IMG/VR virus record: IMGVR_UViG_2767802108_000001
Span: 1-64,000 of that record
Direction: 5' to 3' (one strand)
Source: a virus
Taxonomy: Duplodnaviria; Caudoviricetes
DNA: 64,000 nucleotides
Position numbers and translations under genes: made by a program. Shown here piece by piece: positions 56,642-64,000 of the stretch (its first letter is position 1; every line of letters starts with the position of its first letter). The notes beneath the pieces were generated by a model. It ran no database searches and was not told the origin of the DNA. It was given only the letters and a program-made list of their open reading frames with translations.

Positions 56642-56929
56642 TCAGCGCTGTGCGAGTTCGGCGCAGTAGAACGCGAACTTGCGGCTGTAGTCGGAGTGGC
56701 CAGACGCCTGCCGCTCGACCTGCACAACGTCGTCCAGAGAGACCGCAGGGCGCCCCTGGTCGGCGCGTAGGGCATTCACGGCTTTCCACATTTCGGACCG
56801 CTCGTGCGCGGCCCAGCCGCACTCGACGCCATCGGGGCCGTCGACGAGATCCTCGCGTTCACTGCGGTCTTCCTGTGCACGTGACAGCACACGCTGGAGT
56901 CGATCAGCGATCACCCTCAGATCGGGCAT
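56642..56929 (-). CDS. Hypothetical protein (array 2, last gene)
   Basis: ATG 56929 after the junction repeat. Confidence 0.75.
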   Translation of the reverse strand: MPDLRVIADRLQRVLSRAQEDRSEREDLVDGPDGVECGWAAHERSEMWKAVNALRADQGRPAVSLDDVVQVERQASGHSDYSRKFAFYCAELAQR

Positions 56930-56940
56930 GGTCGGCGTCC

Positions 56941-57189
56941 TCACTTCTCGGTGGCGGGCAGGTGGGCACGTCCGGCGTCGGTCAGCAGGAATGGCTTACG
57001 CAGGCCTACCTCGGGACCCCACGTCGCCCACCCGTTGCGAACCAGGACCGTGCTGGTAGCGGCGGTGATCCGGCCGCCCGGGGCGTAGACGTTGGTGTCG
57101 GCGAAGGCGCGGGTGCTGCGGTAGGCGGTACCGTCGGCGAGGAGGACGAGCGCGTTTCGCTGTGTCTTCGTCGGCTTCGGGGTGCGCAT
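56941..57189 (-). CDS. Small winged-helix-like protein, ends ATEK
   Basis: PTKTQRNAL...LVRNGWA...LTDAGRAHL. Confidence 0.75.
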   Translation of the reverse strand: MRTPKPTKTQRNALVLLADGTAYRSTRAFADTNVYAPGGRITAATSTVLVRNGWATWGPEVGLRKPFLLTDAGRAHLPATEK

Positions 57190-57200
57190 GGTCGGTGTCC

Positions 57201-57437
57201 TCACTTCTCGGTGGCGGCCTGGGCCGCGCAGATCTCGTCGGCGGTCACGGTCTCGAACCAACGCCAGACGCCGTCCTCCCACTGCTCCACCTTCGCAGCG
57301 GTGGCCGGGCTGTCGGCGCCGAGGCTGGCGCGGATGAAGGCGTAGGCCTTGGCCTCGCTGGTGAACGGAGATGTTGCCTCCACGTCCGGGCCGGTGACGG
57401 TCACCCGCCACGGCTTCGACGGCTTCCTTACGGTCAT
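57201..57437 (-). CDS. Small hypothetical protein, ends ATEK
   Basis: Bounded by junction repeats. Confidence 0.75.
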   Translation of the reverse strand: MTVRKPSKPWRVTVTGPDVEATSPFTSEAKAYAFIRASLGADSPATAAKVEQWEDGVWRWFETVTADEICAAQAATEK

Positions 57438-57444
57438 GGTGTCC

Positions 57445-57648
57445 TCACTTCTCTCGCTTCGTTGCCTGTCGTTTCGGGTGCTGTGCCCGCCACGCGTCCA
57501 CTCCCTCCTCGGGCCAGAGGGAAGTGCGTCCGATCTTCTTGGGCTTCGGAAAGTCCGCTGATCGGTTGGCCAGGTTGTAGAGGCTCTGGCGGTTGATGCC
57601 GAGTCGTTCTGCTGCTTGGTCGGAGGTCAGGTAGCCGGTCAGGTCCAT
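57445..57648 (-). CDS. AlpA/excisionase-family HTH protein
   Basis: YLTSDQAAERLGINRQSLY...FPKPKKIGRTSLW; leaderless after TACGCT. Confidence 0.85.
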   Translation of the reverse strand: MDLTGYLTSDQAAERLGINRQSLYNLANRSADFPKPKKIGRTSLWPEEGVDAWRAQHPKRQATKREK

Positions 57649-57669
57649 GGGTTCAGCGTAGGCGGGGCG

Positions 57670-57712
57670 GAGTAGCTTGACTACTGCTACGCTTAGAGTA
57701 GCTCAACTACTC
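57670..57712. promoter_or_regulatory. Two palindromic operators AGTAG-N5-CTACT upstream of array 2
   Basis: GAGTAGCTTGACTACT and GAGTAGCTCAACTACTC. Confidence 0.65.
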
Positions 57713-58097
57713 CTATGACGGAAGATGGGGGAACGATGCAGGAAGCGCTGACGCCCGAACTGGAGACGCGGTGCGGCAACCCCGAGTGCGACAGGGAAAC
57801 GCCCGAGAATAAGAGCCCTGCGGGCCGCGCCCGGTACTGTTCATCCCCCTGCGCCACGAAGGCGGCCCGTCTGCCAAACGGCTCCTGACGAAGAATCGGA
57901 CTCCTATGCGATTCGGGGGTCCGATCCTTCGTTTGGCGACAGATTCACTGTCAAGATCATTTTTGTGATGCTTGATAAGCTCACATGCAGTGCATCACGG
58001 GGTGATCGACGCGAACCGGTTCGGCGTACACGGCCCACGGTGTACGTTCATGCGGAACGCGCCGCCGGCGTCCCCACCGCGAGAGGACGAACCCCCC

Positions 58098-58378
58098 ATG
58101 GAATCCACCACCGCCACTCGTGAACGGCTCCTCGCACGCCAGCAGGAACTTCGGGCGGAACTGGAGCAGGTGCAACGGCACTTGGAGCAGCTGGACACGA
58201 TGGTGGTTGCGTCGCAGTGGCGGCATAGGCCCAGCGGTTCGAAGGGGCGCGGCACCTCTATCACACCGGTACGGACGACCGCTGCAAGCTGACGAACGGT
58301 CCCGAGACCATCACCCTCTACGAAGCCCTGCAAACGGGGCTGGCCCCGTGCAGTACGTGCAAGCCGAAGAGGCCCTAG
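58098..58378 (+). pseudogene. Frameshifted coiled-coil plus zinc-binding (YH...C...PC..CKP) gene
   Basis: The ORF from 58098 continues in the -1 frame at the G-run 58244-58247 into HLYHTG..RC...GLAPCSTCKP. Confidence 0.55.
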
Positions 58379-58490
58379 TGCGGCCGACCTCGCAGTGAGG
58401 TGAGGCAATAGATCCTCTGGCTCCAGTTAATGTTCCTGATCTCGGGCTGGCGTGAGCGGGGGGAACGTCCCGGCTAGACCGTGGCACGGT

Positions 58491-59201
58491 ATGGACATGC
58501 CCCCGAAGTCGAGTACCGCAGGCCAGGAGCAGGCGCTCAAGGAAGTACGCGCGGCCGCGAAGAAGTACCTCGCCGCCGATCTGCCGCCGCTGAAGCGTGC
58601 CGCCCGCCAGGCCCTCCGCGAAGCCGTTGCCCAGGCAGCGCAGGCCGGCGTCAAACAGGTTGAGGTCGCCAGGGCCTCTGGACTGAGCAAGGCGCAGGTC
58701 TCCCGTCTCTCCCGTGGTGCCACCAGTGGCCGCACCCCGCTGCCGCCAGCCGAGTACCTGGTACGCAGCCTTCCGACGGATCCAATCGTCACCCGCTACC
58801 AGGAAGGCGCTACCGCCGTCGACCTCGGTCGGGAGTACGGGTGCAGCAGCACCACCATCCTCACCATCCTGAGGCGCTGCCAAGTCCAGGTCCGGAAGGG
58901 CCGCGAGATCGAACTGCCCGTGTCCGATGCCGACCTGGTGCGCCGGTACGTGGACGAGCGGATGCAGATCCAGGACATTGCTGCCGAGCTCGGGGTGAAG
59001 CCGAACCTGATCTCCCGGCGCCTGTCGGCGGCCGGCGTGCGCATCCCTGTGGGGCATCGTCGGATGGATCTCCCGGATGCGGAGATCGTGCGACGGTACC
59101 GGGCGGGGGAGTCGGCGAACCGGATCGCGAAGTCTTATGGCGTCAGCCATGTGACCGTGATGCGTCGGGTGCGGGAGGATCGCGCCAGACGACGCGCATA
59201 A
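58491..59201 (+). CDS. Multi-HTH DNA-binding protein
   Basis: Four HTH units (VARASGLSKAQV; LGREYGCS; IAAELGVK; IAKSYGVS). Confidence 0.8.
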   Translation: MDMPPKSSTAGQEQALKEVRAAAKKYLAADLPPLKRAARQALREAVAQAAQAGVKQVEVARASGLSKAQVSRLSRGATSGRTPLPPAEYLVRSLPTDPIVTRYQEGATAVDLGREYGCSSTTILTILRRCQVQVRKGREIELPVSDADLVRRYVDERMQIQDIAAELGVKPNLISRRLSAAGVRIPVGHRRMDLPDAEIVRRYRAGESANRIAKSYGVSHVTVMRRVREDRARRRA

Positions 59202-59218
59202 CGTGTGTTATGGATGAT
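59191..59218 (+). other. dif-like tyrosine recombinase site
   Basis: GACGCGCATAA-CGTGTG-TTATGGATGAT, 11-6-11 architecture. Confidence 0.55.
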
Positions 59219-59236
59219 CGACGGTAGACTCAGATC

Positions 59237-59476
59237 ATGACGGCTGAAGATGACGAGGCAACCGGACGCCTACTCGTAGCCGCCGCGCTGCACGACGGAA
59301 TGCAGCACGATGCAGCTACAGCAGAAGCGGCACAGTGGCTCGCCAAGGACTGGGAACGCACTGGCCGCATCGAAGGTTCGATGTACGCAGTCGTCATGGG
59401 CTATGCACTCAAGCACGCCACCCCCGACGAACAAGAAGCGCTGCGCCGCTGGTTCACGGAGTTGACGGCACGATGA
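59237..59476 (+). CDS. Hypothetical protein
   Basis: TAGACT -10, leaderless; coupled to the recombinase gene. Confidence 0.6.
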   Translation: MTAEDDEATGRLLVAAALHDGMQHDAATAEAAQWLAKDWERTGRIEGSMYAVVMGYALKHATPDEQEALRRWFTELTAR

Positions 59477-60576
59477 CCCAACACACCGTCACCGCCCGGC
59501 CCCGCGCCGAACTCGCCACACCTGGCAGCGCGGAAGAGGCCCTGTACTGGCTGCGCGACACCCTCGGCACCGTCGCACGCCGCGACCCACGCACCCGCCG
59601 CCTCGGCCCACGCCGCTACCGCCTCGAACTCCTTGCCGAAGTCTGCGACCGCGACACCTTCCTCCTCATCACCTCCTGGCTTGGCTCCGAAGCCGTCCCC
59701 GCGGTCACGTCCAAGCAGGCCTACGCCGACGACGTCTGTCTCTGGGCCGACGTCGCCCGGGAGTTGGGCGGCCACGAACGCTTCCACGTCGGCGCCATCA
59801 CGCCCGGCATCATCGAGACCTGGACCAAGACACAGAAGGCCCAGGGCAAGGCGCCCCGCACTATCAACCGACGCCTGTCCGTCCTCACCGCCCTCACCCA
59901 GTACGCGGCATGGAAGACGAAGGAGACCATCGCCTCACCGGTCACCAAATACGACCGGCCACGCGTCGATCCCCGCGACGAGACCACCGCCACCCCCATC
60001 CTCGAAGTCCCAGAGTTCCAGGCCGTCGTCAACGCCGCCCAAACCCCGCGCCAGGCCCTCGTGCCCGTCCTCATCTACACCCTCGCCGGCCGCGTCACCG
60101 AGTGCTGCACCGCCCAGCTAGAGCACCTTAAGAAGACGGGCGGGAAGCGCCGACTGGACCTGTCCCGCAAAGGCGGGAAGGGCCGCGTCTGGCCGCTCCC
60201 AAACCGGCTGTGCGACCTCATCGACGTGGCCACCGCTGGCCGCGATAGCGGGACGCTGCTCCTGACCGACGATGACCGTCCCATGGACCGTCACGCCGTC
60301 GACCGCCTCCTCAACCGCCTTGGCGAGGAAGCCGGAGTTCTCCCCGGCCGGGACCTCACACCGCACGTCCTGCGTGCCTCCAAGCTCACCCACATGCACG
60401 ACGCCGGCCATCCAGTAGAGGAGATTCAGGAGTACGCCGACCACGCCGCTATCGAGACGACGCTGCGGTACATCCGACGCCGCGACGACGCCGCCCGCAA
60501 GGCCAAGCACGCTGCGGCCGCAGCCGCCGTCTACGACCACTTGGTAGACCGGTTCGTCAACAGGGGAGGAATATGA
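59473..60576 (+). CDS. Tyrosine recombinase/integrase (XerC/D-like)
   Basis: AGRVTE (R), RKGGK (K), PHVLR (HxxR), ADH, TTLRY (Y). Confidence 0.93.
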   Translation: MTQHTVTARPRAELATPGSAEEALYWLRDTLGTVARRDPRTRRLGPRRYRLELLAEVCDRDTFLLITSWLGSEAVPAVTSKQAYADDVCLWADVARELGGHERFHVGAITPGIIETWTKTQKAQGKAPRTINRRLSVLTALTQYAAWKTKETIASPVTKYDRPRVDPRDETTATPILEVPEFQAVVNAAQTPRQALVPVLIYTLAGRVTECCTAQLEHLKKTGGKRRLDLSRKGGKGRVWPLPNRLCDLIDVATAGRDSGTLLLTDDDRPMDRHAVDRLLNRLGEEAGVLPGRDLTPHVLRASKLTHMHDAGHPVEEIQEYADHAAIETTLRYIRRRDDAARKAKHAAAAAAVYDHLVDRFVNRGGI

Positions 60577-61031
60577 AGACGCCAGCCTGTTGGGCATGGC
60601 CAGCAGATCGGCCGGGAGAAGACGACGTCACTCGGAGATTCTGGGAAGGCATCGACACTACCGGCTACAGTGCCAGCGTTCTTGATCTCTTGGAGGAGGT
60701 AGCCGCCGCCCAGTGTGACGACGAGGGGACGCTCCGGACCTGGCAGGCCGGCCGATGTGCCATCTGCGGGGAGACAGACCGGACCATGGTCTGCGATCAC
60801 GACCACGAAACCGGATTGGTACGCGGCTGGCTGTGCGTCTCATGCAACACCCGAGAAGGTGTTGCCGTAGGCGTACCTGGAACGGTCATGGCGGCATATC
60901 GTCAGCGGCCGCCCACCGCCATTCTTGGGCTGACGATTCGGTACCGCGATCCCTTCGCGCGCCGGTATGCAGATCCGGAACCGGTCCGTAAGGATGGCTG
61001 GGACGACAGCTCCAGCGCGGACCTCACGTAG
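60573..61031 (+). CDS. Endonuclease VII domain protein
   Basis: CAICG...DHDHETGLVRGWLCVSCN. Confidence 0.88.
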   Translation: MKTPACWAWPADRPGEDDVTRRFWEGIDTTGYSASVLDLLEEVAAAQCDDEGTLRTWQAGRCAICGETDRTMVCDHDHETGLVRGWLCVSCNTREGVAVGVPGTVMAAYRQRPPTAILGLTIRYRDPFARRYADPEPVRKDGWDDSSSADLT

Positions 61032-61248
61032 CGGTAGGCCTGCGGGTCGGCTCCTGCCCCCACCGGATCTTCTCGGCGGTTTCCTTCTCGTCCACCAGGA
61101 GCCGGCCGTCTCCGAAGCAGTCGTCGCAGCGGCCCCAGCCGAGAGTGGGCTCGCCGTCCTCGTCGTCGGGCGGCTGGATGACTTGCACGGAGCCTTCACC
61201 GTCGCATTCGTCGCACGTGAACTCGTACTCGCCCTCGACCAGCGTCAT
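61024..61248 (-). CDS. Small DnaJ-type zinc-finger protein
   Basis: CDECDGEG...CDDCFGDG. Confidence 0.65.
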   Translation of the reverse strand: MTLVEGEYEFTCDECDGEGSVQVIQPPDDEDGEPTLGWGRCDDCFGDGRLLVDEKETAEKIRWGQEPTRRPTAT

Positions 61249-61286
61249 CGTGGCGCCCCTCCCCGGTGTGTGGGCTGTGATCCTAC

Positions 61287-62138
61287 TCAGCCTGCGGGCG
61301 TGTCCCAGAATCCGGTGTGGGCGATGACGTCTGCGGTGACGGGTGGGGTGCGTTGGGCGAGGAGGGGGTTGGTGGCGCAGATCTGCTGGATGAGCATGTT
61401 GGGGTAGCGGGAGGCAATGGGCCGGCCGCCTTGCCCGAGGATCAGCGCGTGGACGCCGTCGGCGGGGCGGGGTCGTTTGGGCAGGTAGTGGTGGAGGGCG
61501 GCTGCGGTGAGGGGTTCGAGGGTGTGCTTTGTGCCGACGTTCTCGAAGTCGTCGGGGGTGCGGACGGTCCAGGTGCCTTCGGCGGTGTTCTCGTACAGGT
61601 GTCGCATGTCGAGGCGGACGATTTCGCCGGGGCGCAGGCCTTCCAGGAGGAGGTAGCCGATCAGGCGGTCGCGGAGGTAGTGGCGGGCTTGGTCGGGGCC
61701 CCAGCCTCCGAGGCAGGTGAAGAAGGTGACGCGTTCCATGGGGGTGAGGCGTCGGGGTGGTTCGGCGTCGCGGTCGACTCCGGAGCGCAGCAGGTTGAGT
61801 TCGGGGAGCTGGCGGATGACGCCGGTGTCGCGGGCGGCGGTGTAGTAGCCGGTGAGTGCGGTGATGCGTCGGTCGTGGGATTTCGCGACGTCGGGGTGGT
61901 GGTGGGCGAGCCAGGCGAGGGTGTCGGGTCCGTCGAGGGGCCGGCCGTCGAGGGCCCAGGCGAGGTGCCGGTCCTGTGCCCAGCGGGCCACGTTCTCGAG
62001 GCCGAAGTCGTAGGGGTTGACGCGACAGTCGTGGCACCAGTCGAGCCAGGAGGTGACCTCGCGGCGGTACTCGATGGCGGTGGAGGGGCGGAGGGTGCCG
62101 CCGGTGAGCCAGGTGTCGAGGAGTGCGCGGGGTTCCAT
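61287..62138 (-). CDS. Tyrosine-recombinase-fold protein lacking C-terminal catalytic residues
   Basis: LRPSTAIEY core-binding start; RDR...GLRPGEIVRL; ends TADVIAHT with no HxxR or Tyr. Confidence 0.75.
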   Translation of the reverse strand: MEPRALLDTWLTGGTLRPSTAIEYRREVTSWLDWCHDCRVNPYDFGLENVARWAQDRHLAWALDGRPLDGPDTLAWLAHHHPDVAKSHDRRITALTGYYTAARDTGVIRQLPELNLLRSGVDRDAEPPRRLTPMERVTFFTCLGGWGPDQARHYLRDRLIGYLLLEGLRPGEIVRLDMRHLYENTAEGTWTVRTPDDFENVGTKHTLEPLTAAALHHYLPKRPRPADGVHALILGQGGRPIASRYPNMLIQQICATNPLLAQRTPPVTADVIAHTGFWDTPAG

Positions 62139-62179
62139 GCCCCTTAGTGTGCCCGTACCACGCCTCAGATCAAGATCTA

Positions 62180-62292
62180 TACAAAACCTCGGGACCCTCC
62201 ACCCACTTGGTGGCGGCTTGGGTATGTGGCGCGGTGCGGGGCGGAGATCGCGCGCTGCTTCTCCTGGTGGGTGGGGTGGCCGAGGTTTTGTA
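62180..62292. repeat. Imperfect ~26-bp inverted repeat with ~60-bp spacer
   Basis: TACAAAACCTCGG (62180) / CCGAGGTTTTGTA (62280), extending inward. Confidence 0.7.
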
Positions 62293-62420
62293 CAGGTTGC
62301 CGATCTTGGGTTCGGGGCGGGCCTGCGGACCTTCTCCGAGGCTGCACGAATCACGCTACGGGCTGGACGGACAACCGTTCCCCCTGCACAACGGCGGCGT
62401 GTCAGCGTTCGGACGTTGGC

Positions 62421-62612
62421 CTACAGGCCGGGTATCGGCTCCTGATCCACGTCGTGCCGGTCGTAGCCGTGACGCGGTTCGGGATCGCATTCCGGGCCGA
62501 GGCGCCGGCTGCGCGAGACCTCGTCCGTCAACTCTCGGTGGCATTCGCGGCACCAGATGCGGGTACGGTCGCCGGGGTCGATGAGCAGCGTCTCCTGCCG
62601 GTCACGGGCCAT
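62421..62612 (-). CDS. DUF6011 zinc-finger protein
   Basis: CRECHRELTDEVSRSRRLGPEC. Confidence 0.8.
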   Translation of the reverse strand: MARDRQETLLIDPGDRTRIWCRECHRELTDEVSRSRRLGPECDPEPRHGYDRHDVDQEPIPGL

Positions 62613-62629
62613 GACTTCAGTTTCCTTAC

Positions 62630-63547
62630 TCAGTCTTGGAGTGATCCCCAGCGGGCGCGGCAGGGCGAGCGACGGCAGCGGTCAAGGCTGGGCACCGTGA
62701 ACATAGGGGAGAGCCCGCCTGCCCCTGATTCAAGCGCCTTGTCCTGGATGCAAGCGGCTACAGCAGCCCTTCGGCTGGACCAGGTCCCAGTGACGGCTGC
62801 GTGCACGAGGGAACGTCGGTTGGATCGCACGATACGACCGCCGAGGAGTGCTCCGTCTTGTGTGAGCGTTCGGACAGTCTGGTGCACCACGGTCTCCGCG
62901 AGGTAGGAGTTCAGCTCCACACACTGGCCTATGGGCGGCGCTGCGCTGCCAAGCGAAGGGATGCTCGACGTGGCACGCAACTCGTTGATGTAAGCGATCA
63001 GGTCAGGCGTCGGATGGAACCACTCGCGGCTCCGTGCTGATGCGCGGGCATGCTTGAACCGGCGCTGCAAATGGCGTTCACGGTCGATACCGCCAGGCTC
63101 AGTTGCCAGAGCTTCTGCATGCAGGGCGGTCATCCTCAGGCGAAGGTTCGTCGTCTTGCCGATCTTGATGAGCTTTTCCCGGCGGGCGAAGTAGACGAGT
63201 GGGGCATGTCGTCCGTACTGCGGATCCGGTTGGAGTCTGTCCCCGTACTTGCGGGTCCAGGTCGAGACGGACTTGGTCAGGTCTTCCTCCAGTTCGCGGA
63301 CCTTGGCTGCTCCGGCGGTATGGGCCAGCAGAGTCGCCGCTTCTTCCTCGTGGTCGGCGCAGAAGCGCAGTGGCTCCTTTGTGGTGGCAAGCATGCGGCA
63401 GTCGTCGAAGGCACAGATTCGAGTGGTGACGGATACCGCGATGACCTGGACGCGGGCGCCGCATCCACAGCGGAAGGCGTTGCGGCCGGCGCGTCCGTAC
63501 GGGTTCATGGATCTGCTGCATCCGCATCTGACGGTGAACTGCTGCAT
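62630..63547 (-). CDS. Zinc-finger plus GIY-YIG (T5orf172-like) protein
   Basis: CGC...CGC; HAPLVYF...IKIGKT...ER..Q.RF...REWF. Confidence 0.8.
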   Translation of the reverse strand: MQQFTVRCGCSRSMNPYGRAGRNAFRCGCGARVQVIAVSVTTRICAFDDCRMLATTKEPLRFCADHEEEAATLLAHTAGAAKVRELEEDLTKSVSTWTRKYGDRLQPDPQYGRHAPLVYFARREKLIKIGKTTNLRLRMTALHAEALATEPGGIDRERHLQRRFKHARASARSREWFHPTPDLIAYINELRATSSIPSLGSAAPPIGQCVELNSYLAETVVHQTVRTLTQDGALLGGRIVRSNRRSLVHAAVTGTWSSRRAAVAACIQDKALESGAGGLSPMFTVPSLDRCRRSPCRARWGSLQD

Positions 63548-63671
63548 GGTTTCGTGTTCTCCCAGTTCAGAGACAGGGGTAGCGCGGTGACGAGTTCCGG
63601 AGTTAAGATTCGGGGGCGCGATTCGAGTCATCACCCAGGCCACCAACCTCTGTTGGTGGCCTTCGTCGTTC

Positions 63672-63998
63672 CTAGGCGGCGAGGGCGAGCTTGGCGGCGC
63701 AGGCCTTGTACTCGGCGCGGCGGGGCCGGTAGATGACGGCAATGGCTGCGACCTGGGCCGGTGTGTAGCGGGTGCAGGTGCGGGCCTGGCCCTTGCGGTA
63801 GGCGGTGCCGGTGACGCCCTGCACGCCAGCCTTGGTGGCGTTCTTGCGGAGGCTGCTGGCGACGGTGCGGGCTTGGCTGGGGGTGAGGCCGGCGGCGAGG
63901 CAGTGGGTGGTGAGGGAGCCAACGCCGCGGCGGTTAATGCGGGTGGCGGCGCGCTGGCTGCGGGTCCGGTTGCGGAGGGTCTGGCGGGCCTGGCGGCT
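63672..63998 (-). CDS. Partial basic hypothetical protein ending LALAA
   Basis: Open high-GC3 frame running off the window end. Confidence 0.6.
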   Translation of the reverse strand, partial: SRQARQTLRNRTRSQRAATRINRRGVGSLTTHCLAAGLTPSQARTVASSLRKNATKAGVQGVTGTAYRKGQARTCTRYTPAQVAAIAVIYRPRRAEYKACAAKLALAA

Positions 63999-64000
63999 GC

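Larger units (their letters stand above)
1..64000. mobile_element. Streptomyces-type temperate siphovirus prophage or phage-plasmid (ends not seen)
   Basis: Complete terminase-portal-capsid-tail-lysis cluster, DnaB replication module, tyrosine recombinases and many small phage-like ORFs; no host housekeeping operons. Confidence 0.93.

Noticed and set aside
56930-57453. ATEK junction repeats as a CRISPR array
   Set aside because: The spacers are ~230-bp whole ORFs, the repeats encode stop and RBS, and there are no cas genes.

Overview
The whole 64-kb window is a very GC-rich actinobacterial (Streptomyces-like) temperate siphophage, either a prophage or a phage-plasmid. No host housekeeping flank is visible. 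Layout: (1) 1-15 kb, mostly leftward accessory and early genes (NERD, DUF6233 with an SOS box, WhiB, an RHH repressor, an atypical tRNA, a secreted zinc protease, a secreted DTWWG-repeat peptide divergent from a TrmB/LuxR-type regulator, DUF4326, DUF6221). (2) 14.7-18.3 kb, lambda-like replication (initiator with internal iterons, DnaB, J-domain protein). (3) 18.4-29.7 kb, a Streptomyces plasmid/AICE-type conjugation module (GntR Kor, Spd-like proteins, TraB/FtsK, KilB). (4) 30.2-52.2 kb, packaging, head and tail genes with a -1 frameshifted tail chaperone. (5) 52.3-55 kb, lysis. (6) 55-64 kb, thyX, dcd, a small-gene array, a dif-like site, two tyrosine-recombinase-fold genes and nuclease domains. 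The strongest candidates for novelty are a putative arbitrium-analogous peptide communication module (secreted [D/A]DTWWG peptide with a non-RRNPP LuxR receptor), two distant small-gene cassette arrays sharing an ATEK-stop/RBS junction repeat and terminator core, and the coupling of TraB conjugation with a complete virion gene set. All product calls come from motif recognition by eye; no database search was run.
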